Shown one piece after another: positions 1-11,596 of a stretch of DNA of 52,600 nucleotides (position 1 is its first letter; each line of letters starts with the position of its first letter). The stretch comes from a virus (lineage: Duplodnaviria > Caudoviricetes). Where the stretch lies: positions 1 through 52,600 of the IMG/VR virus record IMGVR_UViG_3300046003_005111, one strand, 5' to 3'. The translations under genes and the position numbers were made by a program. The notes below the pieces were generated by a model. The model was not told where the DNA came from. It worked only from the letters and a program-made list of their open reading frames with translations, and did not search any database.

Positions 1-2379
1 ACCAGTTGAATTTGTATCACTACCCGCCATTGTCCTTGCAAACGCATCGTAATGCGTTCCCGTTCCATTAATTTTTTTTATTTTATTATTTATATTAGCA
101 TAAAAAACACTAAGACTTGTCTTATCAGCTTTTCTAACAGAATCTTCTAACATCGAAAATTCGTGTGTGGTCAACATATCGATTAATTTCGGGTTTATTT
201 TATCTGTTGTGGTATTTGCAAAACCAGAAAATAACATTAATTTATCAACAAACTCATAAACAGTTTCAATCGGGGTTTGTTTTATATCGTAAGAGTTTAT
301 ATTATTTATAACCAATAACGATGATATTAACCCACGAATTTGATTACTAACAATTTGATTGTTTTCATTTATTAAATTTACATTCACCACCTCTTCTGAT
401 ATATCATCATTGGTATCGGTTGAATTTTTAGGGAGTTTCTGCATGGCTTTTAAAGCACGAAAAATTTCCTCGGTAAACTGAACTTCAAACCATTGGTTTG
501 TATTTATATTTCCTGGATATGTTTTTTTAAAAACATATGTATCACTAGCAATATCTAGTTCTTTTTTAAAATAGTTGGGGAAGGGGTAGAATTTTTTTAT
601 ATCGGGATTATCAATATCAATTTCATATTCACCAAAAAGAGATTGTATTTCTCCCCTGTGTTCATCATCAGCAATTTGTCTAAAAGAATTTAACGCTGAT
701 AAATTTAATAATGTTAAGAACACTTGCATGTTATTCATTAAAATACGGATAACATTATCAATATTAGGCACAAAACCTATTTTTTCTTTTAAATTAAAAA
801 ATAACTGATCTTCAGTATTAGAATCCACTTTTTCAAAGAAACCAATAAGATTTTTTATTATGATTTTATGAACTTTTATGAAAAATACATCACTAAAATA
901 TACATTCTTAAGGGTGTTAATATCTTTCGAAGAGGTGTTATTAAACAGTATTAAATCATCATTAAAAATTGTTTTTAAATCACGATCACTTAATTGAGCT
1001 ATATATGATTTTTCGTTATCGAAATCTTTACTATTACTCAATTCTGATATAATATTCTTAATAATATTACTTTTTAAAGCATCTCTATTATTAATATTAG
1101 AATTAGTGGTAGATGAAAACGATAAACCATCTATTTGTTCCACAACCTTTTCAGAGTACTCTCCTATTAAAAGATATGGGTTAATTTTATTACCACCAGT
1201 CTCTTTAGCCATTGCACCAGAAGATAAACCAGCTATTGACCCATTTTTTAATCTATTCAAAAGATTATCATTAAGGTAATATTTACTAAAACTTCTGTTA
1301 TCTTCTACTAACTTTTTCCGCCATTCTGGTATTTGTGTTTTTATAGACCTTTCAAATATTCCCTCTAATGCAGAATATGCGTTTAAAGCTTCTGATCTAT
1401 CATTATTAATCGCAGTAAGTGTATCTTTAAAAGATAAATCATCACGACCTAGAGCAGTATCTGTTCTAATCATATCCATTATTGATGGATATTTTTTAAA
1501 TTCGTGTTTTTTGTATTCGTCTGTATTTTCACCGTATTTTTTTGCGTATTTTCTGTTTTGTTTCTGATATAACGCTTTTAATAATCTTTTACCAAGATAA
1601 TCTTTACTATTCTCACCACCAATTTTATACATATAAGGTGCTAAGTAAGCATATACCATTAAAAAGTTATTATATATTGAAAATGTTCTTGATAAGAATT
1701 CAGCCCTAATAATGTAATTACCTGTTGATGAATCAAATGTTGTTGACGTTTTTGTCATTGACAAAGGGTATTCAATACCTTTACCATAGTAACCCTTTAT
1801 TGTTAAACTAAACAAAGGATATGGAAATCTATAAAAAATATTATATGGGTTTGTTGGGTCATTACCTCTCTCAAGCAACGTTCTACCCTGTACATCAACA
1901 AATTCTATCTTTATGATGGGTGTCATCGCCGCATTATGAGAAACGTCAATACTTGTTATACCAAATGTTTCTGGGTCAAAAAAACCATCTTGTTCATTAT
2001 TTGTTGTAAAAAAATCACTCCAGTCTGTTGTAAAAACACCCTTATTTCTTTTTTTAGCAAAATTTATGGTACCATCATTATTTTTATCCGCTTTTTCTAA
2101 AGGGTTCATAAAATTAACCCCTATTTGGCCAATAGTAAAAACTTTAGATCCATTCCTATCACCACTATCTACAATAGCACTATCAGGATTTAAACGAGCG
2201 GTAAGATTTGCGTACATCACAAGATCTTCCTGTTTAATATATCTAGGAATAATATTGTTATCGCTGTTAATTACTTTATTCGGATCAACAACAAAAATCC
2301 CTTTTTTTTCAGGTTTACCTACCTCTGTTGGTAGTTTACCAAAACTGGATAATATCTTTTCATCATATGTGTTACCCAT
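1..2379 (-). CDS. Large virion/baseplate hub-like protein, partial (runs off window start, >793 aa)
   Basis: Not in the ORF track because it is truncated. ATG at 2379 overlaps the stop of the upstream gene and reads MGNTYDEKILSS...VVDPNKVIN...EDLVMYANL...FGITSIDVSHNAAMTPIIKIEFVDVQGRTL...PYPLFSLTIKGYYG. No stops in the stretches spot-checked. Hub (gp27-like) role inferred from its position after the gp53-like gene. Confidence 0.6.
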   Translation of the reverse strand, partial: MGNTYDEKILSSFGKLPTEVGKPEKKGIFVVDPNKVINSDNNIIPRYIKQEDLVMYANLTARLNPDSAIVDSGDRNGSKVFTIGQIGVNFMNPLEKADKNNDGTINFAKKRNKGVFTTDWSDFFTTNNEQDGFFDPETFGITSIDVSHNAAMTPIIKIEFVDVQGRTLLERGNDPTNPYNIFYRFPYPLFSLTIKGYYGKGIEYPLSMTKTSTTFDSSTGNYIIRAEFLSRTFSIYNNFLMVYAYLAPYMYKIGGENSKDYLGKRLLKALYQKQNRKYAKKYGENTDEYKKHEFKKYPSIMDMIRTDTALGRDDLSFKDTLTAINNDRSEALNAYSALEGIFERSIKTQIPEWRKKLVEDNRSFSKYYLNDNLLNRLKNGSIAGLSSGAMAKETGGNKINPYLLIGEYSEKVVEQIDGLSFSSTTNSNINNRDALKSNIIKNIISELSNSKDFDNEKSYIAQLSDRDLKTIFNDDLILFNNTSSKDINTLKNVYFSDVFFIKVHKIIIKNLIGFFEKVDSNTEDQLFFNLKEKIGFVPNIDNVIRILMNNMQVFLTLLNLSALNSFRQIADDEHRGEIQSLFGEYEIDIDNPDIKKFYPFPNYFKKELDIASDTYVFKKTYPGNINTNQWFEVQFTEEIFRALKAMQKLPKNSTDTNDDISEEVVNVNLINENNQIVSNQIRGLISSLLVINNINSYDIKQTPIETVYEFVDKLMLFSGFANTTTDKINPKLIDMLTTHEFSMLEDSVRKADKTSLSVFYANINNKIKKINGTGTHYDAFARTMAGSDTNSTG

Positions 2380-2689
2380 AATACGCTACCCTGTTTTTTA
2401 ATTTTATATCATATTCGTTTAAAGTATCTTGTAAAGGATATGGTATCCTAAGCGTTGTGTTATCAGGTATTTCCCATTCACTGGGTGCCACCTCTGGATT
2501 CGCCATTAAAATTAACCAACCGTAATATGGTACCGAATAATATTGTTGACTAATCTTATCCAACCTACTTTTACCTGTGTTATAAACAGTAAATAAATCG
2601 GTTGTTTTTTCGATTAATTTAATAAACGGTGGGGATATGTGTTTTGAGTCACTATCTAATGTTTTATATCTATTAAAGTATCTAGCCAT
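2372..2689 (-). CDS. Baseplate wedge protein, T4 gp53/LysM-like
   Basis: RLDKISQQYY..PYYGWLILMANP...IPDNTTLRIP matches the gp53/tail-X LysM-like pattern; baseplate context. Confidence 0.75.
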   Translation of the reverse strand: MARYFNRYKTLDSDSKHISPPFIKLIEKTTDLFTVYNTGKSRLDKISQQYYSVPYYGWLILMANPEVAPSEWEIPDNTTLRIPYPLQDTLNEYDIKLKNRVAYYG

Positions 2690-2697
2690 ATCAATAA

Positions 2698-5600
2698 TTA
2701 ATTATAAAGCTCTGGGTAAAGTTTAGCCAATTGTGTTTCGGTGTTTATTTTAAACGACTCAGCTTCGTTTACTGAACATATATTAATAATAGACTCATTT
2801 TTATATTTTGTAAAGAGTTTTAAGTTTTTAATGATCGTACTATCTGGTTTACTTGTCTCCCTGAATGTAACTTTATAATCATCATAACTACCCTTAATTA
2901 ATTTATTTTGTGTCTCTATTCTATCTAACACTTTACTTGAATCGTCAATACCAAAAATGTTTTTATTTATTTTTTTTATGGTATTATCATTTATATTTGA
3001 CGCATAATTAAAAACATCAGTTAAATCAGAGTCATATTTTTTAACAAAAGTTTCGATAAGTTTGAATGTGTCCTCAATCGATTTTTTAATTTTGGATATT
3101 TGTTTTTTCTTATACCCAATAAGCCTTATCGGGTTATTTCTGATACTCGCTGGGGGGTTAATACCAGTATTTTCTATTTTAGCCATAATAGCTTCAATAT
3201 GAACTGATTTGTTCACATAAAGATTATATAAAAATTCTATGAATAAAACATCTTGCATAGCTGACATTTTTACCGTTTCACCATATACGTCACTATTATA
3301 ACTTAATTTAAGTTTTTGTTGGTCTGGTAATGAATTAATATACTCTTCTGTTATGGTATAATCATAAGCCATTAAAGTATTAAGGTTTTTTAATTGCGTT
3401 TTTAAATCAGTATCAGTTAAATTTGGGTTATTATCATTAAATAAATAATAATTTATCTCTTTTATAAAACTATTACCAGAATTAGTTTTCTTATTTAAAC
3501 CATAGTAAAATAAAACATCTGAAATCGTTAATTTGCTTGTTGGAACACCAGAAGTTCCAGAAGTTCCTGAAGTTCCTGAAATACCAGATGTCCCAGAGGT
3601 ACCAGATGTCCCAGAGGTACCAGATGTCCCAGAGGTACCAGAGGTTCCAGATGCCCCTGGGTTTAATAAAATACCACTCAAATTATTAATCTGTAAATCA
3701 AATTCATAGGCTGGTGTATAAACTAAATCAATGTCATTGTTTTTAGTTTCAGAATCATCTGATAACATAAAATCTAACGTTTTATTACTAAAATCTAACA
3801 ACTCATAATTAATTTTTTCAAATGTATATTGCATTTGGTACTTACCTTGATTATATATGTTATTAGCCGTATTAGTTACGTTAGTGCTATCATCCCTACT
3901 AACCAATGCATATGACGTGGTTTCTAAAGACCTAGCGCTGGTACCGTACTCATAAGGGTTAAATGAGAAGTTCTGATCTGTTGGGCTAGTATTCGATGGT
4001 AAAGTTAATTGACCAAACTTAAAAGTGTTCGTAGCTGCCGTACCATTGATTTTTAATACATTATTTGATGGTAAAAAATTATTAAAATCATACTGATTTG
4101 GTAAGTCTGTAAGTGTTGGATAACCTAACACTTCACTAATGTAAGTCATATTCCTTATATACTCTTTAATAACACTATCAGATATTGTATTATCCAGTTC
4201 GTTTTTAAGTTGTTTAAAGAAATACAATCCGTTACCAAGTGACGCGTATTTTTTTATTAAACTAGGTGTTGGTGCACCAGTACCAGTACCAGTAGTAAGA
4301 ATATTATAAACACCACTTAAATTAATTAATTCACCACCGTCTATTGATAATTTTTTATATTCTTCATACGGATTGTAACCAAACATTGTACTATCATTGA
4401 TTGGGGTACTTAATTTTTTAGCGTTAGGTATTACTTCATATAATGTGGCTCTACCCTCTGAATATGTTGCATCATAACCGTATAATGGTAGTGATAAACC
4501 AGCTAAGATAACTGACATTTTTGCGATTGAATCATTTAACGCTGTTATCGTTAAGTCGGTATCTGAATCTCTCTTAGAATAAAAGTTTGTAAATTCCGTA
4601 TCAATATAACTCGTAAAATCTTTTATGTGCCCAGTTTCCAGATTTTTATAAAAGTTTTTAAACCCTTTTAAATCATCTGTTGTATCAAACCAAAAACCTA
4701 AAGTGTTTGTCGCAATTTTTGTTCTAAACTCATCAACAAAGTTAGATTCAATATCTTTATATATTTTTATACCATTCGTATCTTTAAAGAAAATACCACC
4801 AGTTTCAGATTTACCATCTACATTGTTTGTATAACCATTCGTAAAATTACCTTGGAAATATTTACCACTTCTACCGTTATTTTGTGCGCTTGTTAAAGCT
4901 GTGAAATTATAAGGTAAACCTTTACCATCACCAATTTTAAACATGTACTCTTGTGGGTGTAAATTTAATTTTAAAGCTTCAAAAGGTTCTGGTTTATTAC
5001 CATTTTTACTTAAAAAAAATGGGTGTTGTTTAAACACATCACCAAGTTCTAAATATCTTCTTTCTTCAGCGACCGTGTTAAAGATTTGATAGTATGTTAA
5101 ACCATTAAGGACTACCTCTCCGTTAACCTCTGTTGGTATAGTTGTATCAGATATGTTACTAATTATCTCACTTATAGTAGTATCAGTACCAGATAAAGGT
5201 TTTTTATAATTTTTATTTCTTAATACATTATTAAGTACTTTGTATTTACCAACTGTTTTATCTTCTGTTTTACCGATGTAATTAGCAAAATTATTTACGT
5301 AATCACCAAAACCATAATACAACTCACTAAATAAATCATAATATTGTATATCATATCTTTGCATGTAGTTTCTACCGTATTCTTGTCTAAAAGCGTATTC
5401 ACCAAAATTAGAATGGTCTATTGCGGTCCAAACTTTCTTCGCGTCTTGTGGTAATGGGTCGGTTGGTTTTAATTTTGTGTAAACACCATTAACAATTGGG
5501 TATTGGTTAGCTGTTCTAACATAATATTGACCAAGATAAGTAACACACGCTTCCGTTTGATATTCTTTTGTTGCATCAAATTCCACCGCACTAGTTAATT

Positions 5601-8600
5601 GATTATAATACGTGCCACCAGCCAATTTTGGTAATAACCTTTCGCTAATAACACCAATCGTACCATAAGGTATTGGTAAACCTTCTGTTGAAGGTATTAT
5701 TAACTCAGCTGCTTTAACAATTGGGATTAAATCCAATGAATTTTCAACAAAAAAATCTTGTTCAAGATTTATTAAATCTCTTTCTCTTCTATCTGTATTA
5801 GCAAACGTTCTTTCATCATATACATCTGTATTTGCGTAATAGTTAAATGTTAACGCGTTTTGTAATTGATCAACATATCTTCTTAAACCTTGTCCACCAA
5901 TATATTTAAATGACATAGTGACTTTTGCAAGCATCGGTTGTACACCAATACCTTCAGGGTTTAAATCCCATAATAACGGATCATAATTAATATTTAAACT
6001 ATTAATAATAATTTTTGTGTGATAAAAATCACCAATTCTTAAAACAGATACAGGTGGTCTACCAAACGCTGTATTCTTAGCATCGCAACCAGAAATACCA
6101 ATGTCCTTGGTGATTGTATCACCAGGTCTCATACATTGCTGTAAAAAGGTTAATCTAGCGTTTAACCCTTCAGGTGTCATCGCATGGAATGCTGGGCTAA
6201 AATATTTTAATTTTTCTTTTAAACTATCAAAAATAATCGGTGATTCTTTTGACAAATATTCGAAGTAATCACATTCTGTTAATAATTTATTAAGTATTCT
6301 TTGCGCAATCTCTCTTTTTGTAACATTGGTTGTTGGGGCTTTTTCTTCAACATACAATGGTGATGTTTCAGCTGGTGGTTCTTCTCTTTTCAAAGGAATT
6401 TCTTTTGGGGTTAAAGTTGATTTAACCTCAACCCTTCTAGCGAATGAAGCTATTCCTGATAAGTTACCGCAAACAACATCCGCTTCTGTTTTTGTTACTT
6501 GTTGAAATGATGGCTTTTGACGTATAGATACACACGTACCGATAAATTCCTTACCTTTTGTTTCCGTGTTTCCTTCTGGTAATGAAGGTATAAACGGATT
6601 TTTAATTATTTCATCGAACTCATCATATGTTCTAACCATATAATATGTTTTGTTTTCACCATAAGGAATAGCGAAATACTCTATACCTTCATCTGTTTTT
6701 AATGGTTTACCAAATAGTTTAGTATATTCATTTTCTATTTTTATATTAGGATCATCAATAGAGTCTTGATATAAATCAGCCACTGTTTGACCGCCACCTT
6801 GTTGGATGCTAAACGTAATCAATTGTCTTTCTTCTGTACCAACCTCACCTCTATAAATTATGATATTTTTAGTTGTTTCTAAATCACCATGTAATTTATC
6901 AACAACGGTTCCATCACTTATCTCTTCGTTTTCTAATGTGAAGCATTTAATATTATTACTAGTCATTACATTGAGTATTAACCATTTTGTAACCGAAACA
7001 AATCTTCTTGACGCTAATTTATCGTTATATTTCTGTAAAGCATCTTGATTTTGACCAGGAGCTGATGGTGATGCGTAAGCAAGCATAGCAATACTTATAT
7101 TATAATCTTTAACAGACGTATAATTATCCGCTGAATAAGTTGTGGCAACGCTTTCTTTTTGTTTTTTATAGTTATATGCTGGTGATTGGTTAGGGTCTAA
7201 AGGGTCCCCAAAGAAGTATTCATTACCTGCGGGCGCAGATTCACCTAAAGTATAGGCATATTGAATCCATTTCTTTTCCCCACTTTCTGAAAGAGGTTTA
7301 CCGCTTACAGTCTGTTCTTGATATTCAGAGTTTTTTTCAAGATCTATATTATTAGCTAGATTTGAATATATATTGTAATATACATCATACCCATCCACCT
7401 TGAAATCTTTAGGTTCTTTATAAATATTTTTAGATAGAGGTATATCGTTTTCAAAAAATAAATTAAATGTACCATTAATTATTGTCTGAAGCGATGGTGT
7501 TTCAATTTTAATACTTTCTTGTTGGAAACTACCTGATGATTCAACTTTAGATCTAATTTTATCATTTGGTAATCTAACATCTAAATCAGCTATAACTTTT
7601 TTAAAATATTCGATATCACTATCACTGAATACACCCCAAATTCTCGCCAACTCAAAAATGTCATAATCCAAACAACCAGCCCAGAAAGCCGCCAATAATT
7701 CATCAACCTCACCATCTGTTAAAGCCGCAAATTCTTTATCCACCAATAAGTTCATTATTGTCGGGTGATCAACAACAATATCCCATGATAATGTTCCAGC
7801 TCTTTCGGTGTTGTTATATGTGTATATTGCCTCTGGTCTACCTAAGAATTGATGTGTTGTCCAGTTTGTTGTCGTATCATCTGTAAATCTTATGTTATAT
7901 GGTGGGAACCACATAATTCTACCACCATTAGAACCTTTTTCACAAGGTGGTAAGTCTCTGAACTGAGCTGAATCTCTCCAAGCTAAGTTCTCAAGTGAGA
8001 ACATGTATTTTCTAGCTCTTTTTTCACCAAAAGCTTCAACAACAGCATCACCCAATCCATCACCCAATCTACCGTAACCTTCGTTAACATTAAGCGCTGA
8101 TGGGTGTATATTTAAATTTCCGTATCTATCCAATACAGAGTTTCTTTCTTTTCTATTTAACTCTTTCCATCTAATAAGGTCAGTTACTTTTGAGAATGGT
8201 TTTGCTTTTGTCCAAGACCTACAAAGAGAAACCTCATTGTACATTTTTTTACCATCTCTATTACCACCTCTATCTAAACCTGGTATCAGATAGTTATAAC
8301 CAGTAACCTCACCTTTTTTGTTTTTTCTTTCAACCTTAAAAGGTGATATTACATTAGAACCTTTTGATGAAAAAGTATATCCATCAAAAAATTTAGTTTT
8401 TGTTTGGTCAATAGAATTGATCGCATCATTTCTTCCACCAGCTTCCAATAATTTTTGTGTAACAGCTAATATTGAACAATCTCTAAATCTACTAGCAGAA
8501 TTTACTGATAAGCTACCGATATCCTTAATTTTACCATCCCAACTATCTGGATATGATGTCATTGCGACTGGATCCATAAAAGTTTCTTTACTCTCACCTC

Positions 8601-11559
8601 TCCAAATAAATGAAGTTTGAATTGACCCATATTTTGAAACATCTTCAACACCTGGTTCAATATAATAATTTTCAATACCACCCTCTCTCTTTATTCTAAT
8701 AGCTCTGGTTAACTCACTATTAGCTCTAACTTGTAAACCGTTATCATCTTGTAATAAATGAAATATACTAACATTTTTACCAGCTGTAATGTATGGGGTA
8801 AAAACAACATCTTCAGTACCTTTTTGAGCTTTTGCAGCTCTTTTAAATAACCTAGTATCAGCACCTCTTAATTTACTCTGATAGTCTGGGGAGTACTTGT
8901 TATTACCAAGATTTGAAAATAAGAAAAATCTTTGCGCTCTACCAGTTTCATCTAGTCTATCAATAACTCTATTTTCTAATTTATCTTCTATTCTTGAGTT
9001 ACCACTATCATTTGCACCAAAACATGTTGGTCTTAAAACAATAGAATCGTCTTCAAAGAATTCAGATGTTAATCCACCTAAATTAGTGATATCTGAAATA
9101 AAACTAGCTAATTTACCTAAACCACCTTTAAATGTTGTGATATCAGCGTTACCTCTTTCAATTATTGATGATGGGTCTTTAATAAATTCAATAACTTTAA
9201 GTGGGTTTTTTAACATATCATCAATAGTTGTTAAACCAGCCACCTCTTGAGCTGTTTTAGTTAATAGTCTTGTTTTTAAATGAAATTTTAATTCCAAGGC
9301 ACCTATTTGTGCTAATAACGTATCATTTTTTAAACCAGGTTCCGTTAATAAATTAGTGATATCTAAATTAGGACCTAATAGAACGCTCAACGGAGTTGAT
9401 GCTGTAGGTACGTTTAAGAAATCACCCATCTTTATATTAACTGGGTCGGAATTGTTTAATTTATCTTCTGTAAGATATGGATTTTGTGGTGTATTTGGTG
9501 TATTATTTAATAATAAATTCTCTAAAATTTCATAAACAATAGTATTTTCAGCACCATATTTATTGGTTACTACGTTTTTTGTATAGTCAGTTGTAAGCGA
9601 TGATAATTGTGCTTGATTAGGTACAATAAAATCATTTATCAATGTTGCTGTACCAACTGGGATAGCACCTGGGTTAGACAAAGCAAAAGCGTCTGTTGGA
9701 TCTGTTGGATCCTTTGCCATATTTTTATTAAACAAACTGATCATTATTGGACCAGATAATGTACCAATATCACCAGGGTTAACATTTGAAAATGTACTTA
9801 TTTGTGATAATGTACCTCTACCAGCTAAATATTGAGCAGCAACTGACGCACTTGGTGATAATGTTGTAATACCAGCAGCAACATCAATTGGTGTGTTTAA
9901 TGTCATTGAGATGTTTAAAGCTCTTGGTGTTACAGAGTCTGTAAGAACATCACCAGGATTAACAACATTAAAGTTATTAATTGTTGTATCTAAACCTCTA
10001 CCAGCTAAGTATTGTGATGCGATTAAACCTGAAGGTGTTAAATTAACAATACCAGCGGCGATATCAGCTGGTGTGTTCAAATTCATCGCAAGATCCAATG
10101 TTCTTGGTGCAAATGAATCGGTAACAATATTACCAGGGTTTATGTTAATATAATCATTAATAACACTATTTAAACCTCTACCAGCTAAATATTGTGCAGC
10201 CAAAGAACCGCTTAATGATGTAACCCCAGCAGTGATGTCCGCAGGTGTATTTAATGTTCGTGCAAAGTTTGAATTTCTTGGTATTACAGAGTCTGTAACA
10301 ACATTACCAGGATTTACATTAGGTAAAGTTGTAATCGCAATAAATGTACCTTTACCTGAAAGATATTGTGCAGCGTAGGCACCACTTAAATTTGTTAATC
10401 CAGCTGTTATATCAACTGGTGTACTTAATGTTTGTGCAAAGTTTTGTGTTCTTGGTCCTACAGCTTGTGTTATAACATTACCAGGATTTACATTAGGTAA
10501 AGTTGTGATAGCAACAAATGTACCTTTACCTGAAAGATATTGTGCGGCTAAAGAAGCACTAGGGCTTAAGTTATTTACACCAACAGTGATATCCGTAGGT
10601 GTACTTAATGTTTGAGCAAAGTTTTGTGTTCTTGGTGTTATGGCTTGTGATATAACGTCACCAGAGTTAACAACATTAAATGTATTGATAACACTAGGTG
10701 TTCCAAGACCTGATAAATATTGAGCAGCAAACGATGCGTTAGGTGTTAAGTTGTTTACGCCAGCGGTGATGTCTGTTGGTGTACCGATGTTCATTGCAAG
10801 GTCTAATGTCCTTGGTGCAACCGAATCGGTTACTACATCCCCAGAGTTAGTATTTTGGAAATTATTAATTACCGTAAAAGCACCCTTACCAGAAAGGTAT
10901 TGGGCTGCGTATGTTGCGTTAGGCGTTAAATTTTGTACACCAGCAGTAATATCAGCTGGTGTGTTTAATGTCATAGCAAAATCCAAATTTCTTGGTGCAA
11001 CGGCATCTGATAATACATTACCAGGGTTAATATTAATAAAATCATTAACAATTGTTAAAGCGCCTCTACCTGAAAGATACTGAGCCGCAATCGCTGCATT
11101 AGGTGTTAAGTTATTTACACCAGTAGTAATATCTGTAGGTGTATTTAATGTATGTGATAAACCCAAATTTCTTGGCGCAACAGATTCTGTTAGCGCATCA
11201 CTTGGGTTTGTATTTGAAAAATCGTTTATTACTGTTAATTGACCTTTACTATTAACTAAAGAAGCTACATAAGCAGCACTTGTAGTTGTGTTAAGTAAAC
11301 CAGCATTAATGTCAGCTGGTGTATTTAATGTTTTATTAAGGTTTGCTGTTCTTGCTGGGATACCATTAGTATCAACATCACCAGGGTTTTGTACGTTATA
11401 AAAATGTATTGCGGTATCTTGTCCCAATGAACTTAAATACGCATTAACTGTAACCGAATTAGTTAGATTAACTAAACCAGTTACAACATCAGGTGGGGCC
11501 TGTAAATTTAAATTAAGGATCACATTCCTAAACTGTCCCGATATACTATTTAAGCTCAT
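2698..11559 (-). CDS. Giant multidomain baseplate protein: N-terminal 60-aa repeats, split tube-initiator-like domain, OmpA-like insert, CBM5/12-like motif, SGT linker
   Basis: 2953 aa, directly downstream of the tape measure genes. Tube-fold halves [17 protein letters not shown]...[10 protein letters not shown]...[14 protein letters not shown] and [22 protein letters not shown]...WD...[11 protein letters not shown]. OmpA-like [13 protein letters not shown]...RRVEV. Confidence 0.65.
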   Translation of the reverse strand: MSLNSISGQFRNVILNLNLQAPPDVVTGLVNLTNSVTVNAYLSSLGQDTAIHFYNVQNPGDVDTNGIPARTANLNKTLNTPADINAGLLNTTTSAAYVASLVNSKGQLTVINDFSNTNPSDALTESVAPRNLGLSHTLNTPTDITTGVNNLTPNAAIAAQYLSGRGALTIVNDFININPGNVLSDAVAPRNLDFAMTLNTPADITAGVQNLTPNATYAAQYLSGKGAFTVINNFQNTNSGDVVTDSVAPRTLDLAMNIGTPTDITAGVNNLTPNASFAAQYLSGLGTPSVINTFNVVNSGDVISQAITPRTQNFAQTLSTPTDITVGVNNLSPSASLAAQYLSGKGTFVAITTLPNVNPGNVITQAVGPRTQNFAQTLSTPVDITAGLTNLSGAYAAQYLSGKGTFIAITTLPNVNPGNVVTDSVIPRNSNFARTLNTPADITAGVTSLSGSLAAQYLAGRGLNSVINDYININPGNIVTDSFAPRTLDLAMNLNTPADIAAGIVNLTPSGLIASQYLAGRGLDTTINNFNVVNPGDVLTDSVTPRALNISMTLNTPIDVAAGITTLSPSASVAAQYLAGRGTLSQISTFSNVNPGDIGTLSGPIMISLFNKNMAKDPTDPTDAFALSNPGAIPVGTATLINDFIVPNQAQLSSLTTDYTKNVVTNKYGAENTIVYEILENLLLNNTPNTPQNPYLTEDKLNNSDPVNIKMGDFLNVPTASTPLSVLLGPNLDITNLLTEPGLKNDTLLAQIGALELKFHLKTRLLTKTAQEVAGLTTIDDMLKNPLKVIEFIKDPSSIIERGNADITTFKGGLGKLASFISDITNLGGLTSEFFEDDSIVLRPTCFGANDSGNSRIEDKLENRVIDRLDETGRAQRFFLFSNLGNNKYSPDYQSKLRGADTRLFKRAAKAQKGTEDVVFTPYITAGKNVSIFHLLQDDNGLQVRANSELTRAIRIKREGGIENYYIEPGVEDVSKYGSIQTSFIWRGESKETFMDPVAMTSYPDSWDGKIKDIGSLSVNSASRFRDCSILAVTQKLLEAGGRNDAINSIDQTKTKFFDGYTFSSKGSNVISPFKVERKNKKGEVTGYNYLIPGLDRGGNRDGKKMYNEVSLCRSWTKAKPFSKVTDLIRWKELNRKERNSVLDRYGNLNIHPSALNVNEGYGRLGDGLGDAVVEAFGEKRARKYMFSLENLAWRDSAQFRDLPPCEKGSNGGRIMWFPPYNIRFTDDTTTNWTTHQFLGRPEAIYTYNNTERAGTLSWDIVVDHPTIMNLLVDKEFAALTDGEVDELLAAFWAGCLDYDIFELARIWGVFSDSDIEYFKKVIADLDVRLPNDKIRSKVESSGSFQQESIKIETPSLQTIINGTFNLFFENDIPLSKNIYKEPKDFKVDGYDVYYNIYSNLANNIDLEKNSEYQEQTVSGKPLSESGEKKWIQYAYTLGESAPAGNEYFFGDPLDPNQSPAYNYKKQKESVATTYSADNYTSVKDYNISIAMLAYASPSAPGQNQDALQKYNDKLASRRFVSVTKWLILNVMTSNNIKCFTLENEEISDGTVVDKLHGDLETTKNIIIYRGEVGTEERQLITFSIQQGGGQTVADLYQDSIDDPNIKIENEYTKLFGKPLKTDEGIEYFAIPYGENKTYYMVRTYDEFDEIIKNPFIPSLPEGNTETKGKEFIGTCVSIRQKPSFQQVTKTEADVVCGNLSGIASFARRVEVKSTLTPKEIPLKREEPPAETSPLYVEEKAPTTNVTKREIAQRILNKLLTECDYFEYLSKESPIIFDSLKEKLKYFSPAFHAMTPEGLNARLTFLQQCMRPGDTITKDIGISGCDAKNTAFGRPPVSVLRIGDFYHTKIIINSLNINYDPLLWDLNPEGIGVQPMLAKVTMSFKYIGGQGLRRYVDQLQNALTFNYYANTDVYDERTFANTDRRERDLINLEQDFFVENSLDLIPIVKAAELIIPSTEGLPIPYGTIGVISERLLPKLAGGTYYNQLTSAVEFDATKEYQTEACVTYLGQYYVRTANQYPIVNGVYTKLKPTDPLPQDAKKVWTAIDHSNFGEYAFRQEYGRNYMQRYDIQYYDLFSELYYGFGDYVNNFANYIGKTEDKTVGKYKVLNNVLRNKNYKKPLSGTDTTISEIISNISDTTIPTEVNGEVVLNGLTYYQIFNTVAEERRYLELGDVFKQHPFFLSKNGNKPEPFEALKLNLHPQEYMFKIGDGKGLPYNFTALTSAQNNGRSGKYFQGNFTNGYTNNVDGKSETGGIFFKDTNGIKIYKDIESNFVDEFRTKIATNTLGFWFDTTDDLKGFKNFYKNLETGHIKDFTSYIDTEFTNFYSKRDSDTDLTITALNDSIAKMSVILAGLSLPLYGYDATYSEGRATLYEVIPNAKKLSTPINDSTMFGYNPYEEYKKLSIDGGELINLSGVYNILTTGTGTGAPTPSLIKKYASLGNGLYFFKQLKNELDNTISDSVIKEYIRNMTYISEVLGYPTLTDLPNQYDFNNFLPSNNVLKINGTAATNTFKFGQLTLPSNTSPTDQNFSFNPYEYGTSARSLETTSYALVSRDDSTNVTNTANNIYNQGKYQMQYTFEKINYELLDFSNKTLDFMLSDDSETKNNDIDLVYTPAYEFDLQINNLSGILLNPGASGTSGTSGTSGTSGTSGTSGTSGISGTSGTSGTSGVPTSKLTISDVLFYYGLNKKTNSGNSFIKEINYYLFNDNNPNLTDTDLKTQLKNLNTLMAYDYTITEEYINSLPDQQKLKLSYNSDVYGETVKMSAMQDVLFIEFLYNLYVNKSVHIEAIMAKIENTGINPPASIRNNPIRLIGYKKKQISKIKKSIEDTFKLIETFVKKYDSDLTDVFNYASNINDNTIKKINKNIFGIDDSSKVLDRIETQNKLIKGSYDDYKVTFRETSKPDSTIIKNLKLFTKYKNESIINICSVNEAESFKINTETQLAKLYPELYN
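3547..3657 (-). repeat. 9/18-bp coding microrepeat encoding about 11 Ser-Gly-Thr units
   Basis: accagatgtcccagaggt x3 and gaagttccw x3 on the + strand; protein [35 protein letters not shown]. Confidence 0.95.
9770..11500 (-). repeat. About 10 tandem coding repeats of 174-180 bp (58-60 aa)
   Basis: NPG(D/N)V-type anchors near 11381, 11201, 11021, 10841, 10661, 10481, 10307, 10133, 9953 and 9773. Consensus NPGxVxTxSxxPRxxNxxxTLNTPxDITAGxxNLxPxxxxAAQYLxGRG. Confidence 0.95.
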
Positions 11560-11563
11560 ATGT

Positions 11564-11572
11564 TATAAATAT
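11564..11572 (-). promoter_or_regulatory. Putative late promoter motif ATATTTATA
   Basis: Recurrent motif on the coding strand just upstream of structural genes; here 4 nt from the ATG. Confidence 0.5.
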
Positions 11573-11596
11573 TATTTAAACTGTTTTTTTATTAAA

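Noticed and set aside
9770-11500. CRISPR array or DGR template/variable repeat
   Set aside because: Repeats are degenerate in-frame coding units without spacers; no adenine-specific variation noticed and no reverse transcriptase in the window.
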